Positions 51,569 through 59,875 of a stretch of 64,000 nt of DNA are shown here, in pieces; position 1 is the first letter of the stretch; each line of letters starts with the position of its first letter. The notes below the pieces were generated by a model, which made no database searches, was not told the origin of the DNA, and saw only the letters and a program-made list of their open reading frames with translations. The position numbers and the translations under genes were made by a program. The stretch is from Bacteroidales bacterium (lineage in GTDB: Bacteria > Bacteroidota > Bacteroidia > Bacteroidales > UBA3824). The stretch spans positions 1,897 through 65,896 of the forward strand of contig JAKSLV010000003.1 of assembly GCA_024401025.1 (NCBI GenBank), in the 5' to 3' direction.

Positions 51569-52705
51569 TTACTTCTCGGCATCCTGTACGCCCTTCACCT
51601 TAGAGGCGTCCTTGCTGAGAGATTCGATTATCGAAGCGTCCATCACCTTGCTCCATGGCTGTGGAGCCTTGCAGAGCTTGAGGCCCTCGTACTGAGAGGC
51701 CATCTTGTTGTAGAGCTCGTCGCCCTTCATGCCCTGGAATGCAGGATTAAGGCCAAAGAAGTTTACCTCGTCGCCCAAGGTGCAGTAATAGATGTTGTGG
51801 CTGCCGTCGATGGCGAAGTCGGCATCGGTGCCATAGCATTTTGCGAAAACATCAGCGGCCTGCTTTACTGCGGCCTCATCAGTGTTCATCTTGTAGTTGG
51901 CAAAGAGGAGTGCTGATATCAGCTTCTCAACCTTTGATCGGTTGGCGTTTATCCAAGAGCCCTTGGCAATGAGACCATCGCAGATGATGTTGCTGAACTC
52001 CTTGGTGGAAGCAAGGACCTTGGTGTTCTCAACAGACGAAACGATGTCCTGATCGTCGGGAGAGAAAACCACAGCGGCGTCGCACTGTCCGGCCTTGAAA
52101 ATCTGTGCGGCATCCAATGCTGACGATACCACCTTAAGGTTCACCATGTCGGGCTTTACGTCTGCCGACGAATTTACCTGAGAATACTTGATTCCGTTCT
52201 GCTCCAAAACGGTGAGGAGCAGAGTGTTGCTGGCTGTGCCCTCGCTGCATGCCACCACAGCGCCCAGAAGGTTGCTCACAGTCTCGATGTTGGTGGTGGA
52301 AACTATGGCGTCGGCACCGCGGCTCCAGTTGCTGATGTTCACGAACTTGGCATCAGCCATATCAGAGCCCTCGCTCATCTCGATAGGGAAAGCGTCGGCG
52401 GTGCAGTAAATCATGTCGATATCGCCATTCTTGAAGGCGGCGCGTCCGGCGGCAAAATCGTCCTGGATCACCACTTTAAGCTTGATGCCGTATTCCTTGT
52501 AGAGGATGCAGTCCTCGGTTGGGTCAACGCCGTTATTGAGATACATATAAGGCAAAAAGCCTGCGTAAGTATTTGTACCTACGGTAATTACATTATCGCT
52601 GGCAGCATTGCCGCCCTGCTGCGATCCTGTACAGCTCATGGTAAGGAGCGATGCGGCTATCATGGCCGAACCGGCTGCCTTGCCCAACATATTAAGTTTC
52701 AACAT
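51569..52705 (-). CDS. ABC substrate-binding lipoprotein (paralog of the SBP domain downstream)
   Basis: Lipobox TMSC; near-identical segments to 49977..51530; ends at QDAEK. Confidence 0.85.
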   Translation of the reverse strand: MLKLNMLGKAAGSAMIAASLLTMSCTGSQQGGNAASDNVITVGTNTYAGFLPYMYLNNGVDPTEDCILYKEYGIKLKVVIQDDFAAGRAAFKNGDIDMIYCTADAFPIEMSEGSDMADAKFVNISNWSRGADAIVSTTNIETVSNLLGAVVACSEGTASNTLLLTVLEQNGIKYSQVNSSADVKPDMVNLKVVSSALDAAQIFKAGQCDAAVVFSPDDQDIVSSVENTKVLASTKEFSNIICDGLIAKGSWINANRSKVEKLISALLFANYKMNTDEAAVKQAADVFAKCYGTDADFAIDGSHNIYYCTLGDEVNFFGLNPAFQGMKGDELYNKMASQYEGLKLCKAPQPWSKVMDASIIESLSKDASKVKGVQDAEK

Positions 52706-52736
52706 TATATAAGTTATATTTTTTGATGATTGGTTT

Positions 52737-53741
52737 TTAGAAATAGTTGCGGCTGCTGTTCTGGAGTTTCTCAGCTGCCTTGTTGAGCGAAGCGTTCAGC
52801 TGGCTTACGCTCTTGTCTTCCAGAGCCTTTGGACCATCCTGCGACGAAGAAGAGAAAATTCCGTCGATACCGTTCTCGCGGTACTTCTGGAGGAATTCCT
52901 CAGCCTTGATGCTGTTGACGGCGTTGTCGAGGGCAATCTGATCGATGATGCCGCCGGTCTCGTCGATGATGAGCGACATCTCGCCGAGTTTCTGGCTGAT
53001 ATCGTTGTCCATGAAGTCCATAGCCATTGTAAAGCTGTCGAGCTCGTCGGGATTGTCGGAGAGCAGACCCTGAATGCTAGAGAAAGCCTTGTGCTGAGCC
53101 TTGATAGACTCAAACTCCTCCTTGCGTGCCTTTACGGCGTCCTCGGTGTCCTCCACCTTAAGCTCGGCTGCCTTCTTTAGCTCGGTGAGAATCATCATCC
53201 AAGCCTTGCTGTCCTCAAGACGCTTGCTGGAATTCTCGATGGCGGTCTTCAGGCGCACAATCTTGTTGTTGCAAACCTGAGCCTCCTGCATGCGGTTGCT
53301 CTTCTGGAGGAGGTCCAGCTTGCGGAGATTCTCGTCCATCTCGGCGCGCTTCAGCTGCAAACGCTTCTCGTTCTGCATGTTGAGACCCTTTACATCGCCA
53401 AGAAGCTTGCTGATTTTCTGGATCTTGCCCTTCATTTCCTTCACCTTGCCTTCCACGATGGCAATGGGATCTATCTCCACCACCAAACCTGTAAGCTTGC
53501 GCATAATAAGGAAATATACATTGCTGCAAAGGTTACGGAATTTCTTGTTGGTGATAAGGAAACCAATGAGAGCCAATACTCCGCAGAGCGCGGCCAAAGT
53601 GATGGTCTTCTGTGTAAGACTTATAAGGAAGTCGATGTTCTTGAAAATCAAGAAACCGCCGCCTACTATCAAACCTGCCAAAACTACCTTGGCGAGGGTT
53701 CCGCCTGGACGCTGCCAGGGTGATACGGGTTTATTTTCCAT
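52737..53741 (-). CDS. Membrane-anchored coiled-coil protein, PspA/IM30-like
   Basis: Two N-terminal TM helices, then IDPIAIVEGKVKEM and about 200 aa of heptad-rich helix. Confidence 0.55.
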   Translation of the reverse strand: MENKPVSPWQRPGGTLAKVVLAGLIVGGGFLIFKNIDFLISLTQKTITLAALCGVLALIGFLITNKKFRNLCSNVYFLIMRKLTGLVVEIDPIAIVEGKVKEMKGKIQKISKLLGDVKGLNMQNEKRLQLKRAEMDENLRKLDLLQKSNRMQEAQVCNNKIVRLKTAIENSSKRLEDSKAWMMILTELKKAAELKVEDTEDAVKARKEEFESIKAQHKAFSSIQGLLSDNPDELDSFTMAMDFMDNDISQKLGEMSLIIDETGGIIDQIALDNAVNSIKAEEFLQKYRENGIDGIFSSSSQDGPKALEDKSVSQLNASLNKAAEKLQNSSRNYF

Positions 53742-53754
53742 ATTATATGAAAGT

Positions 53755-54453
53755 TTAGTTGATTGCGTTGTCTATCTTCACCATATCGGCCTTTAGCGCG
53801 CCGATAAGTGCGTTAATTGTAACATCAAAATCGAGTTTCTTGGTGTTGAGCTCGGCTCTCTTCTGAGCCACCTCGGCCTGAAGCTCCTTGATCTCGTCCT
53901 GCACCTGAACCATCTGGGCCTGAAGCTCCTCTATGCGCTTAAACTTCTGCTCTATCAGCTCGGTAGGAGCTGTAATCTCCTCCTCTATACGCTGTCCAAG
54001 CTGCTGAAGCGCGCTTGTGCGCTCGCCCTCCATCTTCTCCACATACTGCTGAAGGCTGTTGAGCACGATTGCCTTCGAGAATGTGGGGTTGCCGGCCTGA
54101 ATGCTGAAGAATGCCGATACAATTCTCTGGTTCTCGTCAGGAATATTCTTGCGGAAATTCTCGTTGTCGATGATGCTCTTAAGCTCCAGATAATCAGGAC
54201 CTGGCAGATTAAAGTCCCTGAGCGCGGCCTCGAAAGTCCTCAGCAGATCGGGGTTGATTTTTCCCTCGCCGCTTGGCTGACTCATATCCACTGTGGGCAT
54301 GCCAATCTCCTGAGTGCCGGGCGCATTGTATTGCTGCGCGGGTGCATCCTGAGGCGCTGCCTGCTGTTGCTGTTGAGCCGCCTGCTGGGCAGCCTTGATA
54401 TCTTCCTCGTCTTCCTCTATGAAAGCGCTCTTGATTTTATCGAATAATCCCAT
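53755..54453 (-). CDS. Hypothetical coiled-coil protein, first gene of the operon
   Basis: Amphipathic MGLFDKIKSAF start, Q/A-rich linker, NLPGPDYLE segment, C-terminal coiled coil. Confidence 0.7.
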   Translation of the reverse strand: MGLFDKIKSAFIEEDEEDIKAAQQAAQQQQQAAPQDAPAQQYNAPGTQEIGMPTVDMSQPSGEGKINPDLLRTFEAALRDFNLPGPDYLELKSIIDNENFRKNIPDENQRIVSAFFSIQAGNPTFSKAIVLNSLQQYVEKMEGERTSALQQLGQRIEEEITAPTELIEQKFKRIEELQAQMVQVQDEIKELQAEVAQKRAELNTKKLDFDVTINALIGALKADMVKIDNAIN

Positions 54454-54491
54454 ATTATTTATAGAAATTAAGTTTCACGTATATCCAATTA

Positions 54492-54620
54492 AAGTTTCGC
54501 ACAGATACCACAGATATCACAGATTTTTTATAGATAATATCATGCAAAATAATAATAATCTATGAAAAATCAGTGTATCAGTGTCATCAGTGTGATAATA
54601 AACAATCCGCCGAACTTACG
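54492..54620 (-). repeat. Dispersed palindromic element, copy D
   Basis: aagtttcgcacagataccacagatatcacagat...atcagtgtcatcagtgtgata...gaacttacg. Confidence 0.9.
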
Positions 54621-54749
54621 ACGAATTAATCAAAATACAAAGTAAACAAAAAAAATTGAAAACAAGAAAGATTTTGCATAAATTTTTGCACGAAAATTTT
54701 TGTTGCCTGATGCTGCCTTGATACACAAAGAAAACAAATTACCGTCATC

Positions 54750-54862
54750 AAGTTTCCGCACAGATTTTATTTATATAATATCACGTAAAAAAATAATAAT
54801 CTGTGAAAAATCAGTGTCATCTGTGTAATCAGTGCGAAAAAAAAATCATAAAACTTACGTTA
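54750..54862 (-). repeat. Dispersed palindromic element, copy E
   Basis: aagtttccgcacagat...atcacgtaaaaaaataataatctgtgaaaaatcagtgtcatctgtgtaatcagtgcg...aacttacgtta. Confidence 0.9.
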
Positions 54863-54995
54863 ATTCATATACTTCCTGATACTTACGCAAAATTTGCTAA
54901 AATTCTGCAAAAAGATTTATGGATTTTTGCGGACATACCGCTCTTATGGGCGTAATCAGTACTAATATCAACTTTATTTTATTAGAATTATCTGT

Positions 54996-55033
54996 GCCCC
55001 TCCGATTTCAGTAGCCTGGAGGGGCTTTTTTTT
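54996..55033 (+). terminator. Hairpin with T-tract on the plus strand
   Basis: gcccctcc / ggaggggc followed by T8. Confidence 0.65.
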
Positions 55034-55043
55034 GCCAGTAAGA

Positions 55044-56390
55044 TTAGTTGAATCCCTTGTAGACTTTTTGTCCAAGGCCAATGTATCCGGTAATCGAAAT
55101 ATTCACCACATTTTTGGGAGATTCCAGTGCGTGAGAATATCCGTAATGCTTGTATCCCACGCTCATACCTACATATCTGAACCTGCCATACAGACCCACG
55201 CACGGCACATGCAGATTCTCCGACACCGGCTTCAGGTCCATGGCCCCGTCGTACTTTCCCGACATCATGGCAAACTCGTAGGCAAGCAACGCGCCCCAGT
55301 CGGGCATCATCTTGTGGGTGAACGATATGCGTTTCTCGAGATCGAAATGCAGCATCCGGCGCTTTTCCCTGAGCTGATAATAGAGATTTTTGGAATCCTG
55401 AACCAGCGCCGGCTTGTATCCCGGCCTCAGCGACGCGCCAAAGTGGAGCGACATATTGCTGCGCTGCTCGTGAACGCCCACATCGAAGCCAAGGCGGAAC
55501 TCGTGTTTGCAGAATTCCTGAAAGGCCGAAATGGACAAATACCTTATCATCAGCAAGGAGGCGCAGCGTCCGCCCATGGAGGCAATCTTTCTGGCTGACA
55601 AGCCGTTGCTGTTGAAAACCGCCATATCTCGTGGAAGACGCTTGTCGATGCCGGGCTCGTTGACGTCCACTCCCCAGTTCTTGAGGTCTTCCGCCATCCT
55701 CCAATCGGCATATATGGCGGCAAAGTGCATCGGATAGCCCTTGTGGATGTCGCAATTGGCGTTGCGAAGCATATCGGCAGCATCAGACGCACCAAACTCT
55801 GCCGCCACCGAGAAGGCTGTGCGTCCCCCGGCCATGAGGTCAACATCAGCACCGTTGGATATCAGGAGGTTGATCATGGCGGTATCGTTGTTGGCGGCGG
55901 CCTGCTGAAGCGCGGTAACACTGCCACAGTACACGATGTTGGGATCGGCGCCGTGGAACAGCAGCACGTCGGCACACTCCACCAGGCCGCATTTGGCGGC
56001 GTGGAACAGCGCGGTGTATCCGGCGGAATCCAGCAGATCCACCTTGGTGCGCTCATATTGCAGCATCAGGTCCACGGTCTGGGGATGGCCGGTAAGCACT
56101 GCCGCATGCAGCGCCGGTGGCTCGTAGTCGTAGAGGGGCAGCCAGTTGGGGTTTGCGCCATTCTCCATCAGGATTTTCACGATATTGTCGTAGCCCTTGT
56201 CGGCGGCATACATCAAAGGGGTGTAGCCGTTGTCGTCGAAGGCGTCCACATCCTCATGGCGGTTTATTAAGTGGGCCACGTTATCGTAATCGCCCATCAT
56301 AGAAAAGAAATGGAGATTGTTGGTCTGGGCCGCGGCATCCATCGCGCAAAGCCCGCATGCAAGGGCGATAATGGCAAAAATCCTTCTCAT
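55044..56390 (-). CDS. Secreted ankyrin-repeat protein with predicted C-terminal beta-barrel
   Basis: Signal peptide; GYTPLMYAA, GYTALFHAA, TALQQAA repeats; C-terminal amphipathic beta strands. Confidence 0.8.
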   Translation of the reverse strand: MRRIFAIIALACGLCAMDAAAQTNNLHFFSMMGDYDNVAHLINRHEDVDAFDDNGYTPLMYAADKGYDNIVKILMENGANPNWLPLYDYEPPALHAAVLTGHPQTVDLMLQYERTKVDLLDSAGYTALFHAAKCGLVECADVLLFHGADPNIVYCGSVTALQQAAANNDTAMINLLISNGADVDLMAGGRTAFSVAAEFGASDAADMLRNANCDIHKGYPMHFAAIYADWRMAEDLKNWGVDVNEPGIDKRLPRDMAVFNSNGLSARKIASMGGRCASLLMIRYLSISAFQEFCKHEFRLGFDVGVHEQRSNMSLHFGASLRPGYKPALVQDSKNLYYQLREKRRMLHFDLEKRISFTHKMMPDWGALLAYEFAMMSGKYDGAMDLKPVSENLHVPCVGLYGRFRYVGMSVGYKHYGYSHALESPKNVVNISITGYIGLGQKVYKGFN

Positions 56391-56418
56391 GATAAAATTA
56401 CATATATTTTATAATTTA

Positions 56419-56550
56419 AAGTTTAGCACAGATATCACAGACAACACAGATTGTTTTAGATAATATCACGTAAAAAAAACAATAATCTGTGAAAAATCAG
56501 TGTAATCTGTGTCATCAGTGCGATAAAAATAATTCGTAGAACTTACGTTA
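56419..56550 (-). repeat. Dispersed palindromic element, copy F
   Basis: aagtttagcacagatatcacagacaacacagat...atcagtgtaatctgtgtcatcagtgcgata...aattcgtagaacttacgtta. Confidence 0.9.
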
Positions 56551-56556
56551 TTTTTT

Positions 56557-57303
56557 TCACATGTTGATACAAAAATCGTCGGCATCAGCAAGATACCTCT
56601 TACGCTTGCGCATATTCTCCACCACGCTGATATCCAGATTGTAGAAGCCCAGCTCGCGGCCCACCTCCATAGCGAAATCGGGACGTCCGTCGGGCAGGCA
56701 CACCATAGAATCGCCCAGTGCGTTGGCGTTTACAGTGTATGCCACATTCTCCATGGCACGGGCCTGCATCAGCAGACGGCGGTCGGCGGCGCGCTGCATG
56801 GGCCACTGCGATACGCACACAAGGGCGTCGTAGGGCTCTTGGGCGGTGTGGCGGCACCATACGGGAAACCTGAGGTCGTAGCATACCACGGCCCTAATCC
56901 TGATGCCGCCTATGCTGAACGTAAGCACGGCATGGCCGGGCCTTACCTGATGCTTCTCGAAATCGCCAAATAGATGACGCTTGGCACCCACCAGGTTGAA
57001 GCCCTCCGCATACGACACCACACGGAAAGTGTTGCTATATGCGCCGCCGTCCAGAGCCTCGTAATAGCTTCCGCAGATGGCGATGCCGAACCTCCGCGAC
57101 AGGCTGTCCAGCAGCAGTTCGCACTCACGGCCGTTGATGCCGCCGATGTTTTCCGGGCTGATGCTCCAGCCAGTATCGAAAGCCTCAGGCAAAATCCACA
57201 AATCTCCCGGCTGGGAGTGTTCGGCTACCAGGGCCTCCACCCTGCGGCGGTCTATCTTTCCATTCTCGGGATCCGCCGCCGATTGTACTATAGCTATCCT
57301 CAT
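56557..57303 (-). CDS. Nitrilase-family carbon-nitrogen hydrolase (omega-amidase-like)
   Basis: LPEAF, KRHLF, VCYDLRFP: E-K-C catalytic triad. Confidence 0.88.
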   Translation of the reverse strand: MRIAIVQSAADPENGKIDRRRVEALVAEHSQPGDLWILPEAFDTGWSISPENIGGINGRECELLLDSLSRRFGIAICGSYYEALDGGAYSNTFRVVSYAEGFNLVGAKRHLFGDFEKHQVRPGHAVLTFSIGGIRIRAVVCYDLRFPVWCRHTAQEPYDALVCVSQWPMQRAADRRLLMQARAMENVAYTVNANALGDSMVCLPDGRPDFAMEVGRELGFYNLDISVVENMRKRKRYLADADDFCINM

Positions 57304-57324
57304 AGCTTTGCAAATATTATTGAT

Positions 57325-59787
57325 TTATATGTCGTCGATTCCGGCCTCTATGGCAGCCCTCACCACGTGTATTGCGCCGTAGGATACGGGCTTGGTGGTC
57401 TTGGTCATTATCACGCCGTCGGATGCGCCGGGATTCTCCAGCATCGCCACCTTTATGATGTCGTACACCTCCCTGGATATCAGCCTCAGGGGGTCTATCT
57501 CGCCTGTGGAGACGTATGCCGACAGGTGCCCCATTATGGTCTCGGCCTTCAGCTTGCGCTCCGATGATATCTCGGCCACGGATTTGCCGTCGTTGAAGAG
57601 CTTGAAACTCTTCTCCTGAGTACTGAGGCTCTCAAATTCGGCCTGCCTCAGCGAGTCGTCGGTGCCCAGGCCCAGAGTCATTCCGTTGGCCTGCATGTAG
57701 GCGTATATCAGCTTCAGGATCTCCACGCCAAACTTTTTGGCCTTGCTGCCCATACCCTTTATTCCCGACAGTGCCTTTATGTCGGAAGGCAGCTTGTTGC
57801 TGATATCCACTATGCACTGAGTGCTCACAATGTCCTTGGGCTCCACGCCGTGTCTCTGCGCCATGTTGTTGCGCCATTCCAGCAGCTTGGTGCAGAGTAC
57901 GGGGTTGGCTGATACTGCTCTTTGTGCTGATGCTCCCAACGAATCGGCCTTGCGCTTCCTAGGCGCATTCTCCTGTGCCGAATCCACCATGAGGCTGGCT
58001 TTCCGGGCCATGTACGAGGGCAGCGAGAATCCATCCTTCATGGCCGAGAGTATCCGCTTCCTGAAATCGAAATCGTCCGTAAGCTGATCCACGGCATCAG
58101 AAATCTTCTGTTTCTTGGCCTTGTCGTCGCAATCGAAACCGAAAGTCTTTATGGGCTGTTCCAGCTTCTGCTGCATCTTTTCCAGATAATAGGCGCATCC
58201 GTTCTGAATGCGCAGTATCAGGGCCTCCTCCTGCTCCACGTTGGCGGATTCGCGGTAGGTGTACCTTATGTATTTCATGAATTTGTCTGATACTGCCATG
58301 AGCTCGGCAAACACCACCGAATCCAGCCCCACGAAATTCTGCTTGTTGCCCACAAACGATCCCGTGTGGGTATCGAGAAGGCGCTGCAACTGCTGTATGC
58401 CGTTGTATATGGGATGGAAGTTGAAGAGGTCTTCCACCGAATCGAAGAAATAATCGCGCTTGTCGGTAACGAGCACCGAATTGTTTGGAATGCTCTGCTC
58501 CACCACCTGAGCGAAACTCTCCACCTGGGGATCGTAGATGAGATCGCTGAGAGAGAGCGGCTTCAGCAACACAAGGCCCTCCAATGTGCGGCACCTCGAG
58601 AGAGCCACATACACCTGCCCGTGGGCAAAACTGTTGGAGGCGTTGATCATAAGCTTGTCGAACGTGAGGCCCTGACTCTTGTGGATTGTTACGGCCCAGG
58701 CGGTGCGCAGCGGTATCTGCTTGAAAGTGCCTGCCACGTCCTCCTTTATCTCCTTGGTGGCCTCGTCCACAATGTATTTGGTGTTTTCCCAAACAACGGG
58801 CGCCACCCTAATCTCCTGCTCGCCAGCGCATTTCACCAGCACCACCTCGCCATCGAAACCCGACACCCGGCCAATCTTGCCGTTGTAATATTGTTTCTCG
58901 GGCGATGTGTCGTTTTTCATGAACATCACCACGGCGCCCTCCTTCAATACAAGGTCGCTGTCGACGGGGTACGACGATTCGGGGAAATCGCCCTTTACAT
59001 CAGCCATAAAGTGCTGAGGCTCGGTTGTAAGTTCCAGCATGTGGAGCTGGTTGATCTGGTCGGCCTGTCGGTTGGTGGTAACTAGGGTTACCACGTCCTC
59101 GCCCTGAGGCGGCTCGTAGTCGGGAATGCAGCGCTTGTTTAGCTCGCAGATGGTGTTGCCGTCGGCCTTGCCCTCGCGGATGGCGTTCAGTATGGATATG
59201 AAACTCTGGTCGGTCTGGCGGAAAACCTGATTGAGCTCTATGCACACATAGTTGGTTTTCTGCCAGGCCAGACTTCCGAAAAAGTAATACGATTTGTAAT
59301 ATGGACGCAGAATCTCCTCGTCCTCGGGCCTCACCACGGGCGACAGCTGCTGCATATCGCCGATAAGGAGCAGCTGCACACCGCCGAAAGGCTTGCTGTT
59401 GCCACGGTAGCGGCGCAAAACTATATCGACTGAATCCAGCAGATCGGCCCTCACCATCGAGATCTCGTCGATGATGAGCAACTCCAGACTCTTGATAATC
59501 TGGATTTTCTGTTTTCTGAGGCCGTTGTTTGACTCACGGGGCGAATCAGGAGTCTGCGGACCAAAAGGCAGCTGGAAAAACGAGTGCAGCGTAACGCCTC
59601 CGGCATTGATGGCCGCCACTCCAGTGGGCGAGCACACCACGTTGCGCTTTGGGCAGGTCTGCCTTAGGCGGCGCAGAAAAGTGGTTTTGCCGGTGCCTGC
59701 CTTTCCGGTAAGGAACACATTGCGCCCGGTGTAATAAAGGTAATCGAAAGCAAGCTGCAAACGCTCGTTCAGTTTAAAATCGTCCAT
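57325..59787 (-). CDS. PIF1-like helicase with HRDC and C-terminal HTH domains
   Basis: TGKAGTGKT, IIDEISM, GDMQQL, TIHKSQGLT, YVALSR; HRDC LLEWRN; start taken at MDDFK. Confidence 0.9.
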   Translation of the reverse strand: MDDFKLNERLQLAFDYLYYTGRNVFLTGKAGTGKTTFLRRLRQTCPKRNVVCSPTGVAAINAGGVTLHSFFQLPFGPQTPDSPRESNNGLRKQKIQIIKSLELLIIDEISMVRADLLDSVDIVLRRYRGNSKPFGGVQLLLIGDMQQLSPVVRPEDEEILRPYYKSYYFFGSLAWQKTNYVCIELNQVFRQTDQSFISILNAIREGKADGNTICELNKRCIPDYEPPQGEDVVTLVTTNRQADQINQLHMLELTTEPQHFMADVKGDFPESSYPVDSDLVLKEGAVVMFMKNDTSPEKQYYNGKIGRVSGFDGEVVLVKCAGEQEIRVAPVVWENTKYIVDEATKEIKEDVAGTFKQIPLRTAWAVTIHKSQGLTFDKLMINASNSFAHGQVYVALSRCRTLEGLVLLKPLSLSDLIYDPQVESFAQVVEQSIPNNSVLVTDKRDYFFDSVEDLFNFHPIYNGIQQLQRLLDTHTGSFVGNKQNFVGLDSVVFAELMAVSDKFMKYIRYTYRESANVEQEEALILRIQNGCAYYLEKMQQKLEQPIKTFGFDCDDKAKKQKISDAVDQLTDDFDFRKRILSAMKDGFSLPSYMARKASLMVDSAQENAPRKRKADSLGASAQRAVSANPVLCTKLLEWRNNMAQRHGVEPKDIVSTQCIVDISNKLPSDIKALSGIKGMGSKAKKFGVEILKLIYAYMQANGMTLGLGTDDSLRQAEFESLSTQEKSFKLFNDGKSVAEISSERKLKAETIMGHLSAYVSTGEIDPLRLISREVYDIIKVAMLENPGASDGVIMTKTTKPVSYGAIHVVRAAIEAGIDDI

Positions 59788-59792
59788 CAGTA

Positions 59793-59872
59793 TTAAGTGT
59801 TGAAGTGATTGAAGTGGGGAAATGTTGAAATGCATCAATCACTTCAACACTTCAATTACTTCAATCACTTAA
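59793..59872. repeat. Inverted 8-9 bp tandem arrays (TTGAAGTG(A) / TCACTTCAA)
   Basis: ttaagtgttgaagtgattga pairs with tcaatcacttcaacacttca; fills the PhoH-helicase gap. Confidence 0.85.
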
Positions 59873-59875
59873 ATA

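Noticed and set aside
54492-54862. Elements D and E as a CRISPR array or the ends of a composite transposon
   Set aside because: Same orientation, only ~130 bp of AT-rich DNA between them and no ORF; they are copies of the dispersed family
59788-59838. N-terminal extension of the helicase in the ORF track
   Set aside because: It is the translated inverted tandem array; ATG at 59787 fits better
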